Source: a virus
Taxonomy: Duplodnaviria; Caudoviricetes
DNA: 25,465 nucleotides
IMG/VR virus record: IMGVR_UViG_3300004774_000015
Location: 1 to 25,465 of that record
Direction: 5' to 3' (one strand)
Position 1 is the stretch's first letter, and each line of letters starts with the position of its first letter. Positions 15,907-23,381 of this stretch are shown piece after piece. The notes under the pieces are model-generated. The model was not told the DNA's origin and ran no database searches. It saw only the letters and a list, made by a program, of their open reading frames with translations. A program made the position numbers and the translations under genes.

Positions 15907-18200
15907 TGGACATCAAAATAAGCAAAGCATCGGGCAATGATATAACGCTAGTCGTTACACCACAAGCCAAACAAACCATTGTTATTGATAGAACAGCATC
16001 TAAAGGCACAGTAACTAGCGTTGCCGCAGTTGGTGGCACGGGCATATCTGTTACAGGCTCGCCAATTACATCAGATGGCACATTAACAATAACAAATACT
16101 GCCCCCGACCAAACAGTTGCATTAACGGCAGGCACGGGCATTACAACAAGTGGCACATATCCAAACTTTACAATTACAAATTCTGCCCCTGACAGAACAG
16201 TTGCATTTACAAACGGCACGGGCATAAGCACGACAGGTACTTATCCAAATTTTACAATTACTAATACTGCACCTGACCAAACTGTTGCTTTAACTGGTGC
16301 TGGCACAACAACTGTTACTGGCACATATCCAAACTTTACCATTACATCAACTGGTGCAAGCGGTACAGTTACAGGTGTAACAGGCACAGCCCCAATTGTT
16401 TCGTCAGGTGGAACAACGCCAGCAATTAGCATTACATCAAGTGGTGCAAATTCAGCCGTATTGCGTGATTCAAATTTAAACATTAGCGCAAATTCAATTA
16501 GCGAGGGTTATTCAAATGTTGCCGCGGCTGGCACAACAACAATTTTAACTGCCGCATCCGTGCCTAATTATGTTGTTACTGGGTCAGGTGGGCAAACTTA
16601 TCAATTGCCCAATGCAACAACATTAGCAAATGGCACAAATTATCAATTTAATAATAATCAATCAAGCGGCACAATTGTTGTTAAAAATAATTCAGGAACA
16701 ACAGTTGCAACAATTCAATCAGGCGGCTTTGTTGATGTTTCATTATTAAGCAATGCAACTGCCGCTGGTTCTTGGGACACGCATAATATTGCCCCATCTA
16801 ATGTTTCATGGTCAACTAATACTTTTGATTATGCTGGTTCAATTACATCAGCTACATGGAATGGCGCAACAATTGCTGTTAATCGGGGCGGCACAGGCGC
16901 ATCAACTTTAACGGGATATGTTAAGGGGTCAGGAACAACGGCATTAACAGCAAGCGCATCAATTCCTGTTGCAGATATAAATGCCACAGGAATACCATCA
17001 AGCACAACTTATTTGCGTGGTGATAGTACATGGTCAACTATTCCTGCTGGCATGGTTTATCCATCCGCTGGAATTCCTAATTCAACAGGAAGCGCATGGG
17101 GAACATCTTATGGTGTTACTGGCACGGGGTCGGTTGTTTTATCTAATAGCCCCGTTTTAACTGGCAATGTTTCAGCCAATGTTAATTTAAGATATGACAT
17201 ACTTGCAAATTTATTAAATTTAGCTGGTGGAAATTATGAAATAGGATATGCAACGGATGCTAATGTTTTAGTTAAATTTAATGGTACAGCAGGCGGTGCA
17301 GTTATTTTAGGTAATGAAAATGGCGGTACTGTAAATATTTCATTAAATCCAACTAATTATTTGGCTTATACAACAACAGGTGCAGGGCAAACATTTATTG
17401 ATTGTTCAAAAGCAAGCAGATTGATTATAAGTTTTAGTAGTGATATGACTGGGATAAGCATATCAAATTTAAATGTTCAAATGCCATCCCAAAGCGTTAG
17501 TGGTCAACTTTTAATTCCAAAATTAGAAATAATTATGGGAAATGGTTTTAATGTTGCGTTTGCATCAACATTTACAATTACTTTGGCTTATGCCGCTGAT
17601 GATGTAGCTAATGGTATTAATTATTATGTGCCAATTGCCGCAGAAGGGTTGGCAACAACAAAGCCAACATTTAAATTTCTTGGTGCTCAATATCCTGCAT
17701 ATTTTAATGTTCAATTACTTCAAGCCCCAATTCAAAACGGCTGGACTCGCTTACCATTGGTTGGTGAAAGTACGGTTACTTATGCCCCAGCAGTTGGTTA
17801 TATTGGCGAAAAAGTGCAAGGAACAACAAATGCAGTAACTTTGACAACCAGCGGAACAGTTTATTCAAGCGGTTCTATATCATTATCCGCAGGATTGTGG
17901 ATGATAACTGGTGGCGTTACTTTTAATGTAACTTCAACCAATGTTGCTACCACATTAGCCGCGGCAATTGGATTGAATACTGTTAGTCAAGACCCAAGCG
18001 TATCAACCTTATCAAGTTGTAATATTCCAATAAATAATTCGTTAGGAACACAAATAAAATTAAGTTTAGCACCAACAATTGTTGCTGTATCTTCAACAAC
18101 AAATACATCATATTATGCAAATGCTAAATTTATTGCGGGGACTGGAAATAGTGGGACAATAACTGCTAGTGTTTATCATTCTGCTTATAGGATTGCATAA
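15906..18200 (+). CDS. Tail fibre / receptor-binding protein
   Basis: 764 aa, T/G/S-rich; 'GTVTSV', 28-aa shaft repeats, 'IAVNRGGTGA', 'TTYLRGDSTW'; C-terminal beta head 'GYIGE...SISLSAGLWMITG...AYRIA'. Confidence 0.85.
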   Translation: MDIKISKASGNDITLVVTPQAKQTIVIDRTASKGTVTSVAAVGGTGISVTGSPITSDGTLTITNTAPDQTVALTAGTGITTSGTYPNFTITNSAPDRTVAFTNGTGISTTGTYPNFTITNTAPDQTVALTGAGTTTVTGTYPNFTITSTGASGTVTGVTGTAPIVSSGGTTPAISITSSGANSAVLRDSNLNISANSISEGYSNVAAAGTTTILTAASVPNYVVTGSGGQTYQLPNATTLANGTNYQFNNNQSSGTIVVKNNSGTTVATIQSGGFVDVSLLSNATAAGSWDTHNIAPSNVSWSTNTFDYAGSITSATWNGATIAVNRGGTGASTLTGYVKGSGTTALTASASIPVADINATGIPSSTTYLRGDSTWSTIPAGMVYPSAGIPNSTGSAWGTSYGVTGTGSVVLSNSPVLTGNVSANVNLRYDILANLLNLAGGNYEIGYATDANVLVKFNGTAGGAVILGNENGGTVNISLNPTNYLAYTTTGAGQTFIDCSKASRLIISFSSDMTGISISNLNVQMPSQSVSGQLLIPKLEIIMGNGFNVAFASTFTITLAYAADDVANGINYYVPIAAEGLATTKPTFKFLGAQYPAYFNVQLLQAPIQNGWTRLPLVGESTVTYAPAVGYIGEKVQGTTNAVTLTTSGTVYSSGSISLSAGLWMITGGVTFNVTSTNVATTLAAAIGLNTVSQDPSVSTLSSCNIPINNSLGTQIKLSLAPTIVAVSSTTNTSYYANAKFIAGTGNSGTITASVYHSAYRIA
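16086..16337 (+). repeat. Three tandem 84-bp (28-aa) repeats in the fibre shaft
   Basis: Unit TITN(T/S)APD(Q/R)TVA(L/F)T.....TGTYPNF; the Pro codon of YPNF falls at 16161, 16245 and 16329. Confidence 0.95.
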
Positions 18201-19630
18201 TGACTATAAATATTAATGGGGGGGTTGTTTCTGCAAATTTTAATGGATGGTCATCTTTATTAAATCCAATTATTAGCACTTCTCAATATACAACTACATC
18301 AGGCGGTTCATTATCAACAAATGTAATTAATGAGGCAACAATCACAACAGTTTCAACAACAAATGCAATTATTAACAATACTATATATTGCTCACAATCA
18401 ATAAACACACCATATTCAACATCAATTGTAAATAATACGCCAACAATATGTGATGCAACAACATTTCCCAATGTGGTTTCACTTGCAAATGGGAATGGAA
18501 AATTATCCATTATGACTTCAAATGGTGCAGTTCAAGCATCATTTTTATGTTCCATTAGTTCTACATTACAAAATTATTATTTATCTTTATTGGCAACAAA
18601 TTCATTAACTAAAAAAATTAATGATTTAATTCTTTTAGCAATAGGAAGCAATACAACCCCAAATGCTTCATTTATGAATTTATATACAACGCCCGATGGA
18701 ACAGGTTATTATTTTAATGGCGCGCCATATAATACAAATTTATATACTAAAAATATTATTGACTTAACTGCCTATTCTGAAAATAGTGTTGGCAATGTTA
18801 GTTATGGGGGCGCATCACTTATTTCACCAAGACACATTATAACAATAACTCATGCTGGAATTTTTCAAGTTGGTCAACAATATACATTCACAGATAAAAA
18901 TGGCAATTCACAACTTAAAACTATTATTGCAGTTTCAACAATAGATAATTATGGGGTTTATGGTGCAGATATTTGTATTGGATATTTAGATAGTGCGGTA
19001 ACAGGAATTACCCCATATTCTGTATTGCCCAATAACACAACTTTGGCAACTAAAATTCCTTTAGGGGCAAGTTATACTGGTTCGTATGGAACATTACCAA
19101 TTGGAATATTAGGTTTTACTGCTAAAAGACGATATTCTTTTGGCAATTATGATTATGTTCGTCAAATGCAAATAAGCAGAATGACATCAATATCGGGAGT
19201 TTCAACACAAGGCGGTTATAGTATTGTTGGACAAGGATATAATTTTAGTTATTGTAATACTTTATATCCTTTGCAAAATAATAGCGACATAAGATTGCCA
19301 TTTTCATCTTGGTGGACTAATGTTTGGGATGGTGATTCTGGCTCGCCAAGTTTTATGCCAACTGGATTAACTACTCCAACAGGAACACCATTAACAATTT
19401 ATTTAGGTTGTCAAGGCGGTATTACAAATTTTAGACCAATTTCTTATTATATTTCATCAATCAATACAATAATGAATGCTCAAAAAACAACCGCAAATAA
19501 TGCTGGTCAAACTCCAGTTGATAATACAACATATGCATTAGATGTAATTAGTTCATCAACAACATCCATTACAAATAATGGCACAACCACAACTGGTGCT
19601 TCTTGGTGGTCAAGTTTTAATTCATATTAA
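18200..19630 (+). CDS. Trypsin-fold (clan PA) serine protease-like protein in the tail fibre module
   Basis: Triad motifs in correct order: GGASLISPRHIITITH218A, AD257ICIGYL, GDS380GSP. TAATG-coupled to the fibre gene; no signal peptide evident. Confidence 0.8.
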   Translation: MTININGGVVSANFNGWSSLLNPIISTSQYTTTSGGSLSTNVINEATITTVSTTNAIINNTIYCSQSINTPYSTSIVNNTPTICDATTFPNVVSLANGNGKLSIMTSNGAVQASFLCSISSTLQNYYLSLLATNSLTKKINDLILLAIGSNTTPNASFMNLYTTPDGTGYYFNGAPYNTNLYTKNIIDLTAYSENSVGNVSYGGASLISPRHIITITHAGIFQVGQQYTFTDKNGNSQLKTIIAVSTIDNYGVYGADICIGYLDSAVTGITPYSVLPNNTTLATKIPLGASYTGSYGTLPIGILGFTAKRRYSFGNYDYVRQMQISRMTSISGVSTQGGYSIVGQGYNFSYCNTLYPLQNNSDIRLPFSSWWTNVWDGDSGSPSFMPTGLTTPTGTPLTIYLGCQGGITNFRPISYYISSINTIMNAQKTTANNAGQTPVDNTTYALDVISSSTTSITNNGTTTTGASWWSSFNSY

Positions 19631-19640
19631 AGGAAAAGTT

Positions 19641-19907
19641 ATGGCATTAATCAAAAATGAAAAAACAGGGACAGGCATTGATATTACTTATTGGAATATT
19701 AATTTCATCAATGAAAATTATAAAAATAAAACAATTGAAATTTTATTAAATGGATATATTTCAAAAGAAATAAGGGATAATAATTTTTATCCAGCATCTA
19801 CTCAAACAATTATTTTTTCTGAAAATGATTATATTGTTGATGCAACCCGCGCCCAAATTTATGACGCATTAAAAACTAAAGATTTTGCAGATGCCCAAGA
19901 CGCATAA
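19641..19907 (+). CDS. Small tail-fibre-associated protein (88 aa)
   Basis: ATG 19641 with SD AAGGA is preferred over 19578; 'MALIK...YWNI...AQIYDALK..DFADAQDA' resembles small proteins that follow phage fibre genes. Confidence 0.65.
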   Translation: MALIKNEKTGTGIDITYWNINFINENYKNKTIEILLNGYISKEIRDNNFYPASTQTIIFSENDYIVDATRAQIYDALKTKDFADAQDA

Positions 19908-20085
19908 AAAATCAGACAATCAATTGGTTGACGAATATTTTAACCACATGATTGGCAAAAAGATTGTGGGCGTTGCTATTGAGCAGGATGAATTAGAAGT
20001 GACATTAGATGATGGAAGTTTGGTGGTTGTTTTCTCAAGCGAGGATTTATCAATGTTTATACAATACGCAAAGAAACTTAATTGA
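19891..20085 (+). CDS. Hypothetical protein (64 aa)
   Basis: ATG 19891 overlaps the end of the previous gene; 'MIGKKIVGVAIEQDELEVTLDDGS' is a small beta-domain pattern. Confidence 0.6.
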   Translation: MPKTHKKSDNQLVDEYFNHMIGKKIVGVAIEQDELEVTLDDGSLVVVFSSEDLSMFIQYAKKLN

Positions 20086-20092
20086 GAATATT

Positions 20093-20353
20093 ATGGATGA
20101 CCAAACAACACGCCTTAACCGCATTGAAGAAAAGCTGGATAAAGTAGGGGAAGCAATTATATCGCTGGCTCGGATGGAAGAAAGGATGATTACGCTGTTT
20201 AAGCGTATGGACACTTATGACCATCAGCAATCGTTGCTTGAAACTCGCGTCAATAGCATTGAAGTAAAAAATGCAAGTGGGGCATGGATAGAAAGATTTA
20301 TTTGGATAATCATTGGTGCGGTTATAACTGGCACTATTTATTTGGGGAAATAA
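20093..20353 (+). CDS. Coiled-coil protein with C-terminal TM helix (XhlA/holin-associated type)
   Basis: ATG 20093; 'RLNRIEEKLDKV..AIISLARMEER' coiled coil, then hydrophobic 'FIWIIIGAVITGTIYL'; start of the lysis cassette. Confidence 0.65.
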   Translation: MDDQTTRLNRIEEKLDKVGEAIISLARMEERMITLFKRMDTYDHQQSLLETRVNSIEVKNASGAWIERFIWIIIGAVITGTIYLGK

Positions 20354-20354
20354 T

Positions 20355-20663
20355 ATGGATAAAATTTTAGCGGCATTCAGTGTGTTTCGCAAAGGAAGCG
20401 TTGTTGCAAATCCAACGGCATGGAAAAATGGGCAAATTACTGCATCAATTTTGGCTGGTTTATTTGGCGCACTTGTCGCGCTTGGTAAAACTTTTGGGTA
20501 TGATTTATCGTTATCTGATGACCAACTGCTTACCATTGGTGGTGCTATTGTTGCAATTACAGGGCTGTTCATTAATCCAGCCGCAACCATTGCATCAAGC
20601 GACAAAGTGGGATTGCCAGCCAGCGATAAAGCTGTTGAGCAGTCACCCATTACAGGGCATTGA
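20355..20663 (+). CDS. Putative holin (2 TM segments)
   Basis: Hydrophobic 'ITASILAGLFGALVALG' and 'LLTIGGAIVAITGLFI'; located upstream of the endolysin. Confidence 0.65.
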   Translation: MDKILAAFSVFRKGSVVANPTAWKNGQITASILAGLFGALVALGKTFGYDLSLSDDQLLTIGGAIVAITGLFINPAATIASSDKVGLPASDKAVEQSPITGH

Positions 20664-20712
20664 ATGGAATAAACTTGATGGCTTTTTTGTTTCTATAACT
20701 TGTTTAAATTAA
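20500..20712 (+). CDS. Putative lipoprotein (o-spanin-like) nested in the +1 frame of the putative holin
   Basis: MIYRYLMTNCLPLVVLLLQLQG-C: basic n-region, hydrophobic h-region, lipobox LQGC (Cys codon 20566-20568). The ORF fills the gap to the next gene and its TAA overlaps that gene's SD. SD is weak; alternative ATG at 20518. Confidence 0.6.
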   Translation: MIYRYLMTNCLPLVVLLLQLQGCSLIQPQPLHQATKWDCQPAIKLLSSHPLQGIEWNKLDGFFVSITCLN

Positions 20713-20721
20713 GGAAAAATT

Positions 20722-21027
20722 ATGATTAACGCATTTTTAATGTCAATTTTAACACACGCGGTTCAAGCAATTATTGGGTCAGGCGTATTTCAAGAAATTG
20801 AAAGATTGGTTTTGATTGAATTATCAAATACAAAAACAGGTGCAGAAAAAGCGGCATCAGTAAAAGAAGGTTTAAAAAATGTCAAAGGTGAATTGGGTGC
20901 GGCATTAAATGGCACGGCTAATTGGGCATTAAATTTAGGCATTGAAACAGCGGTTGCATCAATCAATACTAAACTTGGTCAGCCAGCAACAGTTAATCCA
21001 GCAACTATTCCGCCAACAGGTGCGTAA
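20722..21027 (+). CDS. Lysis-cassette protein, LL-H holin-like
   Basis: Hydrophobic N-terminus plus 'TGAEKAASV...LNLGIETAV' pattern; SD AAGGA; TAATG-coupled to the endolysin. Confidence 0.55.
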   Translation: MINAFLMSILTHAVQAIIGSGVFQEIERLVLIELSNTKTGAEKAASVKEGLKNVKGELGAALNGTANWALNLGIETAVASINTKLGQPATVNPATIPPTGA

Positions 21028-21443
21028 TGATTAATTCCCGTAGCCTTTCGGATTTAAAGCCAAAGGTTGCGGCAATGTGTAGCGAGTTTATCAATCAATG
21101 CAAAGCAAAAGGCATTGATGTCATTATCACATCCACATATCGTGATATGGAAGCACAAACCGCATTATACGCACAGGGTCGCACAACCGCGGGCAAGATT
21201 GTTACCAATGCTAAAGCTGGTCAATCATTCCACAATTACAAGGTGGCGTTTGATTTTTGCCCGATAGTCAATGGCAAGGCGCAATGGAATGATGCCGTTT
21301 TGTTTTCTGAATGCGGACGGATTGCCGAAGGGATTGGTCTTGAGTGGGCAGGTAGATGGAGTGGAAAATTCCGCGAGTATGCTCATTTGCAGTATACTAA
21401 TGGTTTATCATTAGCGGATTTTCAAAATGGAAAAACAATTTAA
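21027..21443 (+). CDS. Endolysin, peptidase M15 family (L-Ala-D-Glu peptidase-like)
   Basis: 'TSTYRDMEAQTALYAQGRT..GKIVTNAKAGQSFHNYKVAFD' (SxH-x6-D), 'GLEWAGRW', 'EYAH'. Confidence 0.93.
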   Translation: MINSRSLSDLKPKVAAMCSEFINQCKAKGIDVIITSTYRDMEAQTALYAQGRTTAGKIVTNAKAGQSFHNYKVAFDFCPIVNGKAQWNDAVLFSECGRIAEGIGLEWAGRWSGKFREYAHLQYTNGLSLADFQNGKTI

Positions 21444-21987
21444 TGATTTAATATGTGAATATTGCAAAAATAATTTTTATGTAAATGATTCCCCATACCA
21501 TGCAAAACGCAGAAAATACTGTTCTAGAAAATGCAGTAATTCAGCAAATGCAATTAAAAAATCAACTGGGTTAAATCGTGTTGAATATGAAAAAAATTAT
21601 TGGGCAAAACCTGAAAATAAATTGCGTCAAAAAGTAAATAAAGAAAATGCGCGATTAAAAAGAATGCTTGGTCTTGGTGAAGCCTATGTTAAAAGTATGC
21701 TTAATAGATGTAAAGCACGCGCCAAGACAAAAGGATATGATTTTAATTTAGATGTTTCAGATATAGTCATTCCACAAAAATGCCCAATTTTAGAAGTTGA
21801 ATTAAAATATGTTACTGGGCGAGGGGGCAGTTGGAATTCACCATCAATAGATAGAATTGATAGTTGCAAAGGTTATGTAAAAGGCAATATTCAAATAATA
21901 TCAAAGCGTGCAAATATTATTAAAAATGATGCAACATTTGATGAAATTGAAAAAGTTTATTTATTTTTAAAAGATAAAATAATTTGA
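21427..21987 (+). CDS. HNH-type endonuclease with N-terminal Zn ribbon
   Basis: 'CEYC...RRKYCSRKC'; 'CPIL...SPSIDRIDSCKGYVKGNIQIISKRANIIKN'. Confidence 0.8.
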   Translation: MEKQFNDLICEYCKNNFYVNDSPYHAKRRKYCSRKCSNSANAIKKSTGLNRVEYEKNYWAKPENKLRQKVNKENARLKRMLGLGEAYVKSMLNRCKARAKTKGYDFNLDVSDIVIPQKCPILEVELKYVTGRGGSWNSPSIDRIDSCKGYVKGNIQIISKRANIIKNDATFDEIEKVYLFLKDKII

Positions 21988-22415
21988 CCAAGTTTTGCAA
22001 AGCGTGTCAGACAGAAAAGCCCATCGCTGAATATTATTTAATCAGGCGAAAAGAAACTAATACCACAAGGGTTGATAGCATTTGCAAGCATTGCAAAAAA
22101 GTTAAAAGCAAAAAGTGGTTTAAAGAAAACAAAGAATCAGGAAGTAAGTCACGGCTTAAATCAAAGCTAAAAAAACGCTATAACATCACCATTGATGACT
22201 ACAATACCATGTTAATCAATCAAGATGGTCGCTGTGCCATCTGTAGTAAGCGTCAGGCGCGTAGAAATCTATCGGTTGACCATTGCCATTCAACTAATGT
22301 TGTTCGTGGCTTATTGTGCGATAAATGCAATATGGCGTTGGGACTGGTTGGTGATAATCTTGAAATACTTGCGGGCATGAAAGCATATTTGCAAAAAAGA
22401 AAAGGGGCGTTTTAA
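21984..22415 (+). CDS. Endonuclease VII-family (His-Me) nuclease
   Basis: TTG start overlapping TGA; 'CKAC...CKHC', 'RYNITIDDY..M...QDGRCAIC', 'LSVDHCHSTNVVRGLLCDKCNMALG'. Confidence 0.88.
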   Translation: MTKFCKACQTEKPIAEYYLIRRKETNTTRVDSICKHCKKVKSKKWFKENKESGSKSRLKSKLKKRYNITIDDYNTMLINQDGRCAICSKRQARRNLSVDHCHSTNVVRGLLCDKCNMALGLVGDNLEILAGMKAYLQKRKGAF

Positions 22416-22440
22416 GCCCCTTAATGACGGAATCCCGTCA
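22392..22440. terminator. Terminator region between convergent operons (two hairpins)
   Basis: AAGGGGC-GTTTTAA-GCCCCTT (22402-22422) with an upstream A-tract, i.e. a U-tract on the - strand. Second hairpin TGACGG-AATC-CCGTCA (22425-22440). Confidence 0.7.
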
Positions 22441-22456
22441 AAGTGCAATTAAGCAA

Positions 22457-22576
22457 TTAATTATCAATTGTGGCTTCATAGATGTCAACAATCAAAAGCC
22501 ATAAAACTACAAATGGCAACCATATTGGACTGGTGGCAATAATTAAACACAATTTTTGCTTAACCGACAGTTTCAT
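22457..22576 (-). CDS. Small membrane protein (39 aa), not in ORF track
   Basis: MKLSVKQKLCLIIATSPIWLPFVVLWLLIVDIYEATIDN*; TAATG-coupled to the upstream gene. Confidence 0.65.
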   Translation of the reverse strand: MKLSVKQKLCLIIATSPIWLPFVVLWLLIVDIYEATIDN

Positions 22577-22749
22577 TAAAAATTATTTCTTAACCTATCA
22601 ATTGAATCACATAGTGCGGCAACAAAAGAAAATGCCAGCACCAACATTAGCCACCAATTATTGTCGTATTTAGTGGCAAGCCAAATGGCTAATCCCTGCC
22701 CAACCAAATCAATTACATTGTAACGCTTAAAGATTAAAAATTTAATCAT
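22576..22749 (-). CDS. Small membrane protein (57 aa), not in ORF track
   Basis: MIKFLIFKRYNVIDLVGQGLAIWLATKYDNNWWLMLVLAFSFVAALCDSIDRLRNNF*; ATGA overlap with the wHTH gene. Confidence 0.65.
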   Translation of the reverse strand: MIKFLIFKRYNVIDLVGQGLAIWLATKYDNNWWLMLVLAFSFVAALCDSIDRLRNNF

Positions 22750-23249
22750 ACTGAAGCCCCATCATAAAGTGAAAAAGTTGAACCAATGCTAGGCGTGCCA
22801 AAAGCGGATGATTTTATTTTCTGCCAAGCATAATCAGACCCAGCACGACCAAGGTTTAGATAAGTTTTTGCATTGGGATTTTTAGGGTCAATCAATATTT
22901 TTTGATGCGGGGCTTTTTGGACTGGCAGATTGCGTTTGGGTCTGTTTTCAAAATTGATATTATCAACCATTGTGCGCTGATTTTCTGTTGCCGCAATGTT
23001 GGGCATTGGGAATTTTTTATTTTTGGTGAAATACGCAAAAACATATTTGGCGCAAGCTGGGTCAAACTTTCTTTCACGACTTAAATATTTGCCATTATAT
23101 AAGCGTTTCAAATCCGTTTTAATTACGCTAAAAGAATCGGATATGTGTTGCGCGACTTCCGATGATGTAAGTTTTTTATTATCCAACAATTCCAAAATCA
23201 TCATTCTGCGTTTATAAGCCAGTAATCTATTTATTGCGCTTGCATTCAT
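22746..23249 (-). CDS. Winged helix-turn-helix DNA-binding protein
   Basis: 'RRMMILELLDNKKLTSSEVAQHISDSFSVIKTDLKRLYNGKYLSRE'; SD AAAGGA. Confidence 0.72.
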   Translation of the reverse strand: MNASAINRLLAYKRRMMILELLDNKKLTSSEVAQHISDSFSVIKTDLKRLYNGKYLSRERKFDPACAKYVFAYFTKNKKFPMPNIAATENQRTMVDNINFENRPKRNLPVQKAPHQKILIDPKNPNAKTYLNLGRAGSDYAWQKIKSSAFGTPSIGSTFSLYDGASV

Positions 23250-23291
23250 TTTTTGTTTCCTTTGTGTAATGTGTAGCGTTACAGGTTACAG

Positions 23292-23375
23292 TTGGGGTAA
23301 TCATGCGGTTAATATAATAATCACAATATATTGTATTTTAAGCATAGCAAAAAATAACAGGACACTTTCCCCCAA
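23292..23375 (-). ncRNA. Candidate structured RNA element between the SSB-like and wHTH genes
   Basis: On the - strand: TTGGGG/CCCCAA outer stem, GAAA/GATTA internal loop, GTG/CAT and GTTA/TAAC inner helices, enclosing a 12-bp palindrome. Confidence 0.35.
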
Positions 23376-23381
23376 TTTTAA

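Noticed and set aside
8116-16337. Repeats as CRISPR array or diversity-generating retroelement TR/VR pair
   Set aside because: All repeats are in-frame coding units with synonymous divergence; no spacers, no adenine-specific mismatch pattern, and no reverse transcriptase or cas gene in the window.
353-20650. Numerous antisense and alternate-frame ORFs in the track (e.g. 353-547, 2201-2536, 15860-16231, 20078-20650)
   Set aside because: Shadows of well-supported + strand genes, with no SD or recognisable motifs; expected from codon bias. Only the lipobox-bearing frame at 20500-20712 was kept.
21027-22415. Group I intron housing the endonucleases
   Set aside because: The endolysin is complete with all Zn ligands, the genes overlap directly, and there is no non-coding space for an intron core.
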